From Octopus sinensis (Eukaryota): a stretch of DNA of 64,000 bases. The notes under the pieces were generated by a model, which saw only the letters and a list, made by a program, of their open reading frames with translations, searched no databases and was not told the DNA's origin. The stretch covers positions 125,364,001 to 125,428,000 of the forward strand of contig NC_042997.1 in the NCBI RefSeq assembly GCF_006345805.1, read 5' to 3'. Below are positions 1 to 13,233 of the stretch, in pieces; the stretch's first letter is position 1, and each line of letters starts with the position of its first letter. The position numbers and the translations under genes were made by a program.

Positions 1-269
1 ATATTATTTTATATTCCCTTTGCTTACAGACAAGTTTATATCAAAATTTCATTTGCAAATTCTTTGATCTTTCCCATAGCCGCTAAAATCTGCTAAAAAA
101 ACAATAAATATATTTAAGAACATAGGAAAGCGGGGAAAACACATTTGGTTGATCATCTCTGGATCACGTGAATAGCTTCATTTCCGGCACTTAGACACGA
201 TGTGTTTTCACTGCTAGTAAAACTTTCCTTTCAATAACCTTAACTTAATCTATTCATTCGCTCAGACAA

Positions 270-380
270 AACATGTATAAGTGTGTAATATATAATATAT
301 ATGTTCTGTGTGTGTGGTGTGTGTGTGGTGTGCGTGGGTGGTGTATAATATATTATATAATATTATACATACATATATCT

Positions 381-412
<32 letters not shown>

Positions 413-816
413 ATTATATATATATATATTTATATATATATAATATATATATATATATACTATACGTATATACATATACGTATATACATATATACATAAT
501 ATTATATATGGGTATGCATATATCGATACATGTATGAATATGTATGTAGCATTTATGTTTATGTGTATATGTATGGTTGGATGTATATATGCATGTATGT
601 ATGTATGTATGTATGTATGTATGTATGTATGTATGTATGTATGTATGTATGCATGTATGTATGTATGTATGTATGTATATGTGTATAGACGCATCTCACT
701 AGTATCTGTACAAGTCCTAACGCGTTTATACAAGTCGTTTAACTTCTATACAAATGTATAACATAAAAGTGCGTATAAGCATACATATATTCACAATGAA
801 ATATATATATTATGAA

Positions 817-848
<32 letters not shown>

Positions 849-894
849 ATTATATCTATATATATATATATATGATGTATGTATGTATATATAT

Positions 895-933
<39 letters not shown>

Positions 934-974
934 TATTATATAATATATACATACATATATATATATAGATAGAT

Positions 975-1019
<45 letters not shown>

Positions 1020-1030
1020 TATAGATCTAG

Positions 1031-1067
<37 letters not shown>

Positions 1068-1095
1068 CATATATATATATGTGTGTGTGTGTGCG
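270..1095. repeat. Compound microsatellite cluster (AT)n/(GT)n/(ATGT)n/(GATA)n
   Basis: Directly visible simple repeats; the overlapping IY/YI/CM-rich ORFs are artefacts. Confidence 0.95.
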
Positions 1096-2238
1096 TGTAA
1101 AACGGGTGAAGTATAGAGAGAGGTGGGGGGATGACGTATTGGCTAACAAGAGGATATCTGTACATGTTTGTGTTGCCACGTCTGGCTGTGGGTAAAACTG
1201 AATAGAAAAGACAACATATCTAAATATATGCTGTATATTCTAAATTTTATGCGAAAACAAAATTGAAAAAAAAATGGCGCTTGAAATATTATTTCGTCTG
1301 TTTAGTTGTCAACCAATCAGATTTGTTCTTTCGAATTTGTAGGTATCACTGAAACACTGATTCATTACCTACGTAACCATCAACCAATCAAGATGATATT
1401 TTGGCAGGACGAATTTCAGCCAATAGCATTGCTCATAGCATTGAGTGAATAAATACCAGGTAATCTGATCGATTTTTCTCATCTCTCCTTCTTTGTTTAT
1501 TTTTCTTTTTTCTTTAGGGTTTGTTGTGAAAGCGTCAGTGTTACATGTATTATAGGGCAAGTTAAGATTTGCTCTCACATCGCTATCTACTTAATCTGTG
1601 TTGCAGTATAAACTACAAGTATGTACTCGCTGATACTTTTATGACTGTTCTATCCATAAGGGACAAGACATGAGAATGTCATATCCAGGTTTTTTTCCTC
1701 GAGGGTATTAATGACGTCAATGAAAGAATATTCGTTCGGATGGAATCGTAAAAGACGATGTAGGTTAGATGTATTGCCAGTGTGTTTTATTTTTACTCTA
1801 CTTTATACCACGTTTAGTTAACAATAGCGTCGTGCATTTTCAACTTGTCATCTACTGCTTCCCGGCGTTTAGCAGAGAGTAATAAGGGATTTTCTATGTA
1901 ACATGGGTGGAACAAATACCATTGGAGACACCACTCGAAAGTAAAGGTGTATCGGTTTTCTTGAAATCAGTTTAATTTCACATGCGGCATTAATAAGACT
2001 GTGAATCCATTTATCTTTTACTTCTTTCATTCATTGGGCTTTGACCATGCTGGGGCACTACCGTGAACAGTTTAGTTGAACAAATCGACGCCTGTACTTA
2101 TTTTTATAAGTATGTTACTTATTGTCTTGATCTCTTGTGCCGAACCGCTAGGATACGTAGCAGTATAATCATTAATTAAATATTGCACATGTATGCGGCC
2201 CCAATATATTCAATTGCCTGATGGCTCCCACGCTTGTC

Positions 2239-2338
2239 NNNNNNNNNNNNNNNNNNNNNNNNNNNNNNNNNNNNNNNNNNNNNNNNNNNNNNNNNNNNNN
2301 NNNNNNNNNNNNNNNNNNNNNNNNNNNNNNNNNNNNNN
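2239..2338. other. Assembly gap (100 N)
   Basis: Run of exactly 100 N; likely a placeholder of unknown true size. Confidence 0.99.
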
Positions 2339-2339
2339 T

Positions 2340-2504
2340 CCATCGAATCTGATCGATAGAAATTGTTACACAAACCATCTTTTCACCATTTACAATGAAC
2401 AAAAAGTTTGCTGACGCTCTTTGCCTATTTAACAGTGAATCTTTTATGTTTTCTTCAAGCTGAATGTTAGATGTATCCACTCCTTTCTTATACTTGCGTA
2501 TCAA
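2340..2504 (-). pseudogene. Possible highly decayed mariner-type transposase fragment
   Basis: Minus-strand translation SLLNRQRASANFLFIVNGEKMVC...IRW loosely resembles the mariner LL.R....FL..IVTGDEKW...W segment. Weak, and cut by the gap. Confidence 0.3.
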
Positions 2505-2984
2505 TGTTTAAAAGATATTTTCTAAACGTCAATGTCTTTTCATAGCCTTTGTGTCAATTTTAGATAAAAATCTCTCAATTTATGACATTAATGAGAAAGG
2601 CTTCGTGACACGATAAAAGCTGATGTTTACCTCCTACTTATTATGTTATTTTCTACTCACTACGTATTCTTTTATCTCTGGTAAAATATCGTTCCAGAAA
2701 TTTGATTCAAATATATATTGTTTTTTTTATCATTGCTATTTTTTCATGTTTACATATATCGAAATCTTCATCCTTTCTGTAAATTTCAAACACATTGAAA
2801 CGTCCATTATTTCTCAAAATTAGAGATGTACGTTTTTGAAATTCTTTTACATGGAGATATTAATATAATTTCACATTCCATTTTCAAAATTAAACTTACT
2901 CTGTGAAGTTTGTATTAATTATCCGCCATCATGGGGTTTTCAAAGAAGCAACTGGATCACACTTGAATAGGAACATGATCGGGA

Positions 2985-3060
<76 letters not shown>

Positions 3061-3100
3061 CCCTATCTATCTTCTATCTATCTATCTATCTATCTATCTG

Positions 3101-3131
<31 letters not shown>

Positions 3132-3165
3132 GTATGTCTATCTGTCTGTCATCTATCTATCTATC

Positions 3166-3201
<36 letters not shown>

Positions 3202-3420
3202 GTCTGTCTGTCGTCTGTCTGTCGTCTGTCTGTCTGTCTGTCTGTCTAATCTATTCATAGATATTTTATACTCATGTTTTGAGTTCTTTTCATTGTTTGT
3301 ACTACCAACGCTCCCTTTCTCACTCATTCTTATTATGTATGTATGTATGTATGTATGTATGTATGTATGTATGTATTATGTATGTATGTATGCATGTGTG
3401 CATGTATGTTTGTATATATT
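2985..3420. repeat. (TATC)n/(TGTC)n then (ATGT)n microsatellites
   Basis: Directly visible. Confidence 0.95.
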
Positions 3421-3773
3421 TTTTTTCTCCCGAATTTGTGTGAATGTATATAGAATAATATATCAGTTTAATAAAGTTAAAACATGATCTGGTTTTTACG
3501 TTTTTTATTATGGCATTTTAATATTTAAAAATATTTTGTAATGATCATAAAATTAATTTTTTAAAATGTCAATGATAACTGTGTGGATCACATTATTGTC
3601 ATGTCAGTCTTTCAATGGCATTCAGTATAGCAGCTAGTATTTTGGCAACATGTAGTGATTCTATCACACATGAGTAGGGTACGCTGTCGACCACCTTCCT
3701 GTTGTCTATATACACACGCACGCACACATTTATGGATACATGTAATGCATATACATATACATACATGCATATA

Positions 3774-3812
<39 letters not shown>

Positions 3813-3829
3813 TATGGAGAGTTACTTGC

Positions 3830-3940
3830 ATAGCAAGTGACTTGATCTGAGATCGTATACTGGAACGAAAACAATTGCAGCGTGGAAGCCATTTAAGAAA
3901 TACACAAAAATTGTTAGATTCACTTCAAAATTTAAATTCC
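3830..3940. mobile_element. One arm of the inverted-repeat element family also at 55020-55490
   Basis: gcaagtgacttgatctgagatcg...aaacaattgcagcgtggaag...gttagattcacttcaa.atttaaa matches 55020-55100 and the reverse complement of 55370-55490. Confidence 0.7.
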
Positions 3941-4029
3941 ACTGCCCGGAATCGAATTCGGTTAGTAGTCCGCGCTCTTAACCACAACGCCATATGCCCG
4001 TGGGCAATTGTGGAGTGAATTTTAGGGCT

Positions 4030-4610
4030 TACTAGTCTAATATTCTATTCTTCTTTAATACCTGTTCCCATATGCTGTTCATATCTGGATTCGGTCTGCT
4101 TAGGAGTTTGTTGTGTCCTAGCATATGTGCTGCTTCTTTTAGTTTTCGAATTTACCAGTAGTGTTTTCTGTCTATTATTTTAACTTCATCCCACAGGGGG
4201 AAGTGGTCTCCATTTTTCCAGACATGATCAGCTATACCCGATTGATCAATATCTCCCCAAGTCACAGCCTTCCGATGTTCCTCTACCCTTATTTTGAGGG
4301 GGTGGCATGTTTCGCTTTTGTATAACCTACCACAGCTGCATGGGATGGAGTACACGCAGTTCTTAATCATATTCTCTTCCATTGGTGGTTTTTTACTCGG
4401 AGATATTTGCGAAGTGTTGTATTACTCTTGAATACCGTCCTGGCGTCATATGGGCCGCATATCTTTTGTATCTTTTCAGAGAGGCTTTTCAAATAGGGTA
4501 GACAGACTGTGGACAGTTTATCGGTTTCATCCTCTCTTTTCTTCATAAATGGAGTGGAGAGTACCCTAAAAGCATACAAATATTAACCCTCTTCCATTTT
4601 CCTTTCTAGG
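4030..4610 (-). pseudogene. Penelope-like retroelement fragment: GIY-YIG endonuclease and C-terminus
   Basis: ORFs 4367-4579 and 4152-4382: VYSIPCSCGRLYKSETCHPLKIRVEEH...GIADHVWKNGDH..LWDEVKIIDRKHYW, then *IRKLKEAAHML. This is the PLE GIY-YIG pattern (VY..PC..C...YIGET.R.L..R..EH; R..KEA), with stops and frameshifts. Confidence 0.85.
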
Positions 4611-5284
4611 TAAGTATAATCTTTCTACACCTGCCCTTGAACTCAGAACGTAACGGCAGACGAAATACCGCTAAGTTCGCCGCCTTATTCCACATTAATA
4701 ATACTAGCTACATACACTTTGTTCAGGAATGTTACTTGATCCATTTACGGAAGTAGAGCTAACAGAGAAATTAAATTTGGATTTTTGCACTTCCTGCAAT
4801 GTGTTTGTAACCATTTCTTCTGTATCTCGCCTTCCCGGGACGATCGACCGCTTTTTAGAACAAGATGCGAGGACTTCCTTTCTCGAAACAACATGAGATT
4901 TATAAGAGCTGGAGCTGTAAATCTTGAGTCGACCATATTGAATTTTATGGACGTATGATATTGTTTATGATTTTCAAAACGTTTTATGAAACAATTTCAG
5001 TACCTTAGGTCTAATGTCTAAATCTATTCGAAACTGATAATATGAAAAGATTTTAAATTGATAAAATATATAAAGTGTTTTTCAGGCAGGAATAATATGA
5101 TGACACATTTCATCATCTACATTCTTTGTTGGTTAAAATTATTAACGTTTAAAAAAATATAAAACGATGCAGATTTTTAACATACACTGCGAGTTGTTTA
5201 CATGTATATACATGCACACTCAGACATATAAAATATCTATCTATACCTATATATATATATGTGTGTGTGTTTGTATATATGCAT

Positions 5285-5331
<47 letters not shown>

Positions 5332-5343
5332 TTATATTATTAA

Positions 5344-5692
5344 GGCGCATGACTCAGTGGTTAGAGCGTCGAGCTTACGATCGTGAGGTTGTGAGCTCGA
5401 ATCCCGGCGGGGCTGCCGTGTTGTGTTCTTGAGCAAGGCACTTTATTTCACGTTGCTCCAGTTCACTCAGCTGTAGAAATGAATTTGCGACGTCACAGGT
5501 GCCAAACTGTATCGGCCTTTGCCTTCCCTTGGACAACATCGGTGACGTGGAGAGGGGAGGCCGGTATGCATGGGCGACTGCTGGTCTTCCATAAAACCAC
5601 CCTTGACACCAGACTGTGGGCCTCAGGGTATCTCTCTAGGTGCAACCCATGGTCAGTGCCTGACCGAAGGGGGGTCTTTATCCTTATATCTT
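5344..5692 (+). mobile_element. tRNA-derived SINE (family C, CORE-like centre) with (ATT)n tail
   Basis: Head ggcgcatgactcagtggttagagcgtcg (box A) ... gctcgaatccc (box B), then cttgagcaaggcacttta CORE-like block and an (ATT)n tail at 5700-5770. A minus-strand head fragment lies at ~3945-4005. Confidence 0.8.
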
Positions 5693-5729
5693 ATTCATTA
5701 TTATATTGTTATTATTATTAATGTTATTA

Positions 5730-5771
<42 letters not shown>

Positions 5772-6075
5772 TTTTTTTCTTCTTTCAACATTTGCTTCCA
5801 TTTCTTGCCGAGTGTCTTCCCGACTCCTAGGGCAGAAACTCGTAGTATACATTGGTAGGCCATTAAACCAAACTCAATAGTTCTTCATTTTTTTTTTTTT
5901 TTAAGTTAAATTAAAATACATGAGCAGCAACAGTTCTCACCTCGACAATGCTCTTCCAACGTGTGATGTCTCCAGTTAAGACAATCATTTGCACTTCTTG
6001 CAGGGATGTAAGCCAGGGATCATTCTCATATAATTTATTATTATTATTATTATTATATTATTATTATTATTATTA

Positions 6076-6118
<43 letters not shown>

Positions 6119-6279
6119 CGGTAGTTTACATAAACAATAGTGTTTGTAAGTATACATAGTCTTATGTGTATAATATGTGTGTCTATGTGTGTGTGCGTTT
6201 GTATGTGCACATTTATATTTATTTAATATATATATATATATAATATATATATATATATATACATATACAATACATACAC

Positions 6280-6330
<51 letters not shown>

Positions 6331-6639
6331 CATATGTATATATATATATATAATATATATATAAATGACCCTATACTGTAAGTATATTACTCTCTAACAT
6401 TGGTACGACTCGACTACACTGGCTCTTTTTCCCCCCTCTCCTACTTTTCTCTGCCTTCACCCTTTGCACTCTCCTTGTTCTGTCTCTTTCCCCTCTTTTC
6501 TTCTCCTCCCTTGTTCCCCTTCTTTCTTTCTCTCTTCCTCTCCCCTCCTCTCCACATTTCTCTGCCTCTCAGACCTTATACCCCACTTGACCTGTCCCTT
6601 TCCCTCTCTTGCTTCTCTCTTCATCTGTCCCCTTTCTCC

Positions 6640-7137
6640 TTTTTGTGCTCACGTGACCAGCCAGCTACTACGGCCTTTCGCATCAAAGTCAGGTGAAACA
6701 CATATTTGTTTGTGCTCCGTTTGCCTTCAGGCACTTGTTCCACAGCCAGCCCTATACTCAACTCGTCCTGTCGAAAGACGCTTGTCCTGACGTCCTGGTT
6801 TTGTTATTATTGTTTTTACGTTATTTTGTATTCTTATCCGTGCTATCGTATTGTTTTTTTTTTACGTATTTTTGAATTTTTTTCGAGTAACATCGTCCGT
6901 TTTTCCGTCACCGTGTTGTATTCTTTCGAGGTTTTCTTCCAAGGAATCTAATGCGATTGGCTTAGATTTCCCTTGGCGGGCTGCCCAGATTGGAGCAATC
7001 TCAAGATTAATAAGCCGAAATTGCGAAGATGATCTGGTTCTTGACTGATGACTGAGAGCTTCGAAAGTCCCGTCTGTGTGTTTTTTGTCGTCTTCAAAAT
7101 GTTTCACGTTCTTGTCCCAGTTTGTGTTTTTTTTAAC

Positions 7138-7140
<3 letters not shown>
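6640..7140 (+). mobile_element. Decayed PLE-type terminal repeat with relic hammerhead-like motifs; homologous to 31400-31920
   Basis: Both loci share cacgtgacc..., gtcgaaagacgc.tgt, tttttgt..tattcgt and cttgaCTGATGA....gaa.g.cccgtc in the same order. PLE assignment is inference. Confidence 0.5.
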
Positions 7141-7168
<28 letters not shown>

Positions 7169-7319
7169 TGTGTATGTATATATATATATAATGTTTACAT
7201 AATCCCTGAGAAGCATTTCGTCTTTTCCGACTCAATATACTTTTGCTGTCCGTTACCAGAGTGAATGTTCTTTGTTAGAATTAAATATATTAGTCGAAGT
7301 AGGAACAACGGTCATTGCA

Positions 7320-7800
7320 TGATTGCATTGTTGTGGTGATTGTGATGATGGCGTTGGAGGTGACGGTGGTAGTGTCGGTGGATGTGTTGGTGGTGGCGGT
7401 GGCGGTGATGGTGGTGGTTTTGTCGGTGGATGTGGTGGAGGTGGAGGTGTTGGTGGTGGCGGCAGCGGTGGTGGTGTTAGTGGTGGTAATGGTGAAGGGT
7501 GTGGTGGTGGTGGTGGTGGTGGTTCTTAATGGTGTTAGTAGGTTGTGATGGTATTTGGTAGGGGTGGTGGTGGTGGTAGTGGCGGTAGTGGTGCTGGTGC
7601 TGGTGCTGCTGGTGCTGCTGGTGCTGCTGCTGGTGGTGCTGGTGGAGGCGGTGGTGGAGGCGGTGGTTACCATGATAGTGATGGTGGTGATGGTAGCTGT
7701 GTGGTCTTGTCAAGAGGAGGAGGTGCCGTCGACGTATCGCTATTGCTGGTGGTAGTGGTGAGGACGGCTGCGGCGACGTTCTTGTTGGCGTTGGGGGTAG
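7320..7800. repeat. Degenerate (GGT)/(GCT) trinucleotide low-complexity tract
   Basis: Directly visible; source of the poly-T/H/G/V ORFs. Confidence 0.9.
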
Positions 7801-8164
7801 ATGTCTGTGGCGGTGCTCCCGCCGTCGATGGTAGAACCGATGAGGCTAATGGCGGTAGTTGCGAGAGGCAACGTTAATGTTTGATGTACGAAAACGTGTT
7901 TCAAAATATTTATTTGGATGAACAATTATCACTTGTGTACATTCAAATTTTATCACCTTTTACCCAACTTCCTCCCACTACACATATTTTTTTTCCAAAG
8001 ATTTTCACAAGCAGAATATTACAGGTGTATTTACATATATATGTGTGTGTGTGTATGTGTGTGAATATAAAAGTGTATCTAGCTTTGTTTGTGTGCGTGT
8101 GTATGTGTAGGTATGTGTCAGCATTTATTTCAGTTACATATATATATAAGAACTGTAACTCTCT

Positions 8165-8520
8165 ATGAGATGTGTGTATGTGTGTGTGTGTGTCGAGATT
8201 TGTTTGCGGACAGATATGTATCAGAGATTTAAATTTTATGTGTGCATAATTGTGTGTGTATATGTGTGTGCGCGTGTGGTGTGTGTGTGTATGTGTGTGT
8301 GTGTGTGTGTGTCGAAATCTGTTTATGTGCGGATATGTATGAGAGTTTGAATTTTTATGTGTGCATAATTGTGTGTGTATGTGTGTGTGCGCGTGTGTGT
8401 GTGTGTGTGTTTGTGTGTATGCATGTGTGTCGAAATCTGTTTATGTACGGATATGTATGAGAGTTTGAATTTTTATGTGTGCATAATTGTGGGGGGGGAC
8501 GCACGTCGTGTGTGTGTGTG
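8165..8520. repeat. ~120-bp tandem repeat, about 3 copies, built on a (GT)n scaffold
   Basis: tgtcga(g/a)at.tgttt...gatatgtat.agag.tt.aa.ttttatgtgtgcataattgtg recurs at ~8190, ~8310 and ~8428. Confidence 0.85.
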
Positions 8521-8867
8521 TGTGTGTGTTTCGCCAATTATATTTGTTCCGCTTTTGGCATAGCGAGAAAATAGAAACAAATGATAAAATTCCATACGGA
8601 CGGCTTATGCACACAGACACACTAGCGCACACCCAAATACACTCAGACCATAGACAGAAGCACACACTCATACACACACACATATATATATATGAGCGTA
8701 TGAGAGCGCATGCGCGTGTGTGTCTGTATGCATAATTCGTCCGTTAGGGCGAGTAAGCGGAAAAGAGAAAAATTGCTCGATACTTAGATTATTGCTAGCA
8801 ATATACTTACATGCATAATTTATATACGTATACAGTCAAATAAATATATGTACGAGTACAGACAGAC

Positions 8868-8902
8868 AGACAGACAGACAGATAGACAGACAGACAGACA
8901 GC

Positions 8903-8976
<74 letters not shown>

Positions 8977-9082
8977 TATAGATATAAGATAGATAGATAG
9001 ATAGATTGATAGACAGTGAAATAGACAGACAGACAGACAGACATATATTGATAGATTGATAGATAGATATATAGATAGCCAG

Positions 9083-9113
<31 letters not shown>

Positions 9114-9281
9114 GATATAGATAGATAGATAGATAGACAATAACGAGAAACAGACAGACAGACAGAAAGAGAAACAGACAGACAGACAGAAAGAGAGATA
9201 GATAGACATAGTAGATAGATAGATAGATAGATAGATAGATATAGATAGATAGACAGACAGACAGACAGCAGACAGACAGAC

Positions 9282-9345
<64 letters not shown>

Positions 9346-9349
9346 TATA
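8868..9349. repeat. (GACA)n/(GATA)n tract flanking the 3' end of the Tx1 LINE
   Basis: Directly visible and abuts the element's AATAAAGAAA end. Confidence 0.95.
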
Positions 9350-9754
9350 TTTTCTTTATTAGCCACACAGGGCTGCACACAGATAGAACAAATTACAAGG
9401 TAGAGCTTTTCTTTTGAAGGTTTAAAAAATAAAAAAAAAAAAAATAAAAAAATAAAATAAAAATAAAATAAAAAAAAGGGGGGAGTCGATCAAAAGGGAT
9501 CGTAAAAGGAGAGAAAGAGGACAAAAAAAGGGGGGGTTAAAAAAAAAGGGGGAGAGGAAAAAAATTGATCAATAGGGATCGTTATCACAGAAATGTCAAT
9601 ATGAAGTGTAAAGGGGAGGACAGGTGAGGTTTACCCGTGGAAAGAAAAGCCTACGGAAAAGACCACGGTAACCTCGGTCAATGAAGTCACATGTTATATT
9701 TCTTTTTTTTTTTTTTTTTGCAAATAAGCAACTCTCTGTATTAATTTTTACGGT

Positions 9755-12700
9755 TCATAGAATCATAGTCAAGGTGGCTTCGTCATTCATACGTGCCATC
9801 CTTGCTACATTCACCCATCTTTTTTTAAAACATTCACTAGACAAAACTTGCCTCTCTACTCTCACTTTTTTCTTCAAGTGATACTTGAAGAAGTTGATGA
9901 GAGATTGACCAGAGAGGAAAGTGTTTGTCTCTAATCCTTTCAGACGCGTCCACCAGATACATTCTTTCGCCATAGCCACAAGTATGATAAAAATAGCTCT
10001 TCCTTCCCGTTTGAAGGAAGGAGGCGTGACGATATTAACGATAGACTCGGCTGATAAACCGACACGTCCCACACGTGACAGCAGTCGTTCGACATAAGCC
10101 CACAGGTGGGAAATTGCTGGACACTGCACGATTGCGTGCAGAGCGGTTTCGTCGCTCTGCCCGCATCTCGGGCAGGTCGGCCCCGTGTTTCTCGAGCCAT
10201 GCCTATAGAGCTTATCCCGAACGGGTAGCGCTTCTCGGTAGCACCGCCAGGCCAGGGATCTCTGGAAGTTGTCCATAGGTCCCGGGCCGAAAGTCGTTTG
10301 AAACAGGCGGGTCAGGTATTCCTCGTCGACGCCCAGGTTTGCCCCGAGCTCGTCGTCGTACCTCCCCTCCACTAATCCCCTATAGAATGCTTTGGTGTGT
10401 TGAAGTCACTCAAGGTCGACCCGGGACGGCAGAGTTGCTTGAGAGCAACGCGACACTCGCGTGCCATCGCCCTTCTTCGGCCTCTTTTTGATCCACGACT
10501 GTAGTTCGGTCATGGAGACGAGTTGCGGGAATGCGTGCCTCACAAACGGCGACCACACCTGTTCACCGTCGTCTACATAGAGCCGGAGATGTCGCAGTCT
10601 CAGCGCGTGTCTGCGCATCATCAACCACAGCATGCCCAGCCCTCCTTTTAACGGGTGTTGACAGCAAATGGATCGCCTGACCATCGGGACGCATCCTTTC
10701 CACAAGAAGCGGAAGAGGATGCGTTCTAGTTTGGTGATGGTAGGGTCGGGACAAGGTACGACGGTCAGGCGGTAGTAGATGATGGACGCGATGTACGCGT
10801 TCACCACCTCCGCCCGACCTTTTAGGGACAGTTTCCTCTCGGCCCATTGCTGGGCGAGAGTGACCACCCTACTCGTTATCTCGTTCCAGTTCTTCTCCAT
10901 TTGGAGGTCCGGACCGAACCAGACCCCGAGCAACTCAACCGGGCCGTCGGTCCAGCGTCCCACGACGGAGGTACTGGTGGACGGCATGGGCTTGCTTCTC
11001 CAGGTGCCGAGCCGCAAGCCCACTGACTTTTCCCGGTTGATTTTTGCTCCTGTCACCGCTTCGTAGTCTTTCAGTGTCTCGCCGACCCGCTCGATGTGCT
11101 CGTGGCTTGACACTATGACGGTGACGTCGTCCGCGTATGCAGACACGCTCGTCCCGCATCCTAATTCTCGCGGGATGCCCCTCAGAGTCGCCAGCTTCCG
11201 CAGTAGTGGCTCAAGAGTCAATACGTATAGAAGCGCCGAGAGGGGGCATCCCTGACGGACCGAACGTGCAATGTCGAAGGGTCTCGATAGATGTCCATTT
11301 ACGCGAATTACCGAACGGATGCCTCTGTACAAGGCAGCTATCCAGCCGCGGAAGACGGGACCGAAACCAGCCGCTCTCAGGACTGCCTCCAAGTATCGAT
11401 GGTCTACCCTATCAAAGGCTTTCGATTGATCCAAGTTGATCAGGGCCCCACCCATCCCAGGTTCGTTAACTACCCTGTCTATGATGTAGCGCATCAGATG
11501 GAGGTTGTCATGGATGCTCCGGCCCGGCACGGCGCACGTTTGTGCGTTGTCGACCAGTTTCTCCATGACAAGCGCCAACCTCTTGGCTAACACCTTTGTC
11601 AAAATTTTTAGGTCTGCATTGAGCAGAGTGATTGGCCTAAAGTTATCTATAATGTTTCCCTTGTTTGGATCTTTCTTCAGCAGAGTTACAGCTCCTCGAC
11701 TCACAAAACCGGGTATGCTCCCGTTTTGCTGCCAGTTGCAGTATACCGCTGCCAAGACGTCTCCAAACAAGTCTGGCATACAATAGTAAAATACGTAGGG
11801 TAGACCATCCAAACCCGGTGATTTGTCCCTCGAGCATTCTGCCATCGCCTCCCGCACTTCCGCCGCCGTGATGGCACCTTCGCAGCACCCTGCCTTTCTT
11901 GTCGAGAGTCGTGGCAGGCTATGTAGGTAGGCACTGAAGTCTACCCTACGTTCTTGCCCTCCACTCGTCCCGAACAGTCGGGCAAAATGCTGCTGAAAGG
12001 CCTCACACATTTTACTTGGCTCGAGCAATTCGCGCCCCTGTTCATCTACCAGTGACCGAATGGTGGCTTTGTTGCCCTGTTGCGCCTCTGCCACCCGGGC
12101 CTCTCTCGCGGCTCCAACACCTTCGTTCCTTAGAGCACGCATCCTAGCTCTGACAGCACATCCTTCGTGTTTGGCGTTGAAGTGTTGGTCGAGGGCCAAC
12201 CTCGCCGCCAAAACGTCGGATGCGATGCCGCTTCTAATTGCCTCTTCTAGCTTCTTAACTAGCTCACCCTCTACTCTATTTCTATCTATGGCTAGTGCTT
12301 TGCTGTACCTAATCGCTTCTGCTTTTACTGCTCTCTTGAGGGCAAACCACCATTTGTTGTTGATGATGGCTCCCGTCAAAGCCTCTTTACTAGTGTGCTA
12401 ATCCGGTCTCTGAAAACTTGTCTGGACGGGAATGATGCGTTCAGTTTCCAGTACCCAGGACCCTGTCTATGTGCCTATCTAAGTCTAGCGTACACGTCAC
12501 CAATTTGTGATCCGTGTAGCTGACTGTGTGGAATTGTGGACATCCTAAGTTATCCTTGTCTACTGTCCTACACAGTATCCTATCTAGATACGATCTCGAC
12601 GACCCACTGCGGTTGCTCCATGTCCACGTTGGTGCATTTGGGTGGTCGAGTCGGTACCTGTCAGACAGTTGGAATCGTCTGAGCAGGTCTCTGAGGCATT

Positions 12701-13186
12701 TGCATCCCCTCTGTTTCTGTCTCTACCCACGTAGTCTACATGCGTGTCCAAGGTAGCATTCCAATCCCCCACTAAGAGTAAAGGACGAGACGTTCCCAAG
12801 AATACTTCTAGACGTCGAAAGAAATCCGCCCGACCTGTTAAGGGCGGTGCGTAGACTGATACGAGTCGAAAAGCGCACCCATTGTTGCCGTCAACATCCA
12901 GAACGATCAGTCTACCCTCCGGGTCTACGAATATCGTCTTGACTTCGAGATCCAGGCTCTTGTGAAAAAGTACCGCGGTGCCACTACCGCCCATCCTCGG
13001 CAGACAGGGAGCGAAATAAATGTTAAACTGTCCGCCAAACATGGACTTTAGGGCCTGTGGCTCGTGGAGTCTGGTCTCACTTATGGCTATGATTCCCAAA
13101 TCATGTGACTTGATGTCATTTAGGAGGTATCCTTGTTTCCAAGGAGACCCCAAGCCACGCGCATTCACACAACCAATCTTGACCAT
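9755..13186 (-). pseudogene. ORF2: apurinic-like endonuclease + reverse transcriptase + C-terminal zinc finger, split by about 3 frameshifts
   Basis: EN: MVKIGCVNARGL, ISETRL, LVGDWNA, then SYLDRI and YTDH in the shifted frame; linker GPGYWKLN. RT: KSPGLDGLP, FRPITLLNAD, DQSKAFDRVDH, VRQGCPLS, AYADDV. C-term: CPRCGQSDETALHAIVQC. Pieces are ORFs 12584-13186, 10406-12379 and 9755-10372. Confidence 0.93.
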
Positions 13187-13233
13187 GATTCTATTGGGGT
13201 GTGTGCTTTAAAACACACAAATGAAAGTACAGA

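Noticed and set aside
4727-4900. Possible terminal exon after ttcag (MLLDPFTEVELTEKLNLDFC...ETT*)
   Set aside because: No recognisable homology or partner exon, and it shares a tttttgcacttcctg block with decayed repeats at ~5985 and ~22570. RNA-seq would be needed.
5930-6030. Mariner DNA(R)PH-like fragments here and at ~22510-22610
   Set aside because: Too short and degenerate to support a call without a profile search.
11650-11685. CTGAAGA...GAAAC on the minus strand
   Set aside because: Lies inside RT coding sequence (LLKKDPNKGNI) with no stems I-III; coincidence. Likewise the CTGANGA hits at 13683, 14379, 18768, 33537, 34982, 39602, 40995, 42711, 48134 and 53571 lack GAAA or stems.
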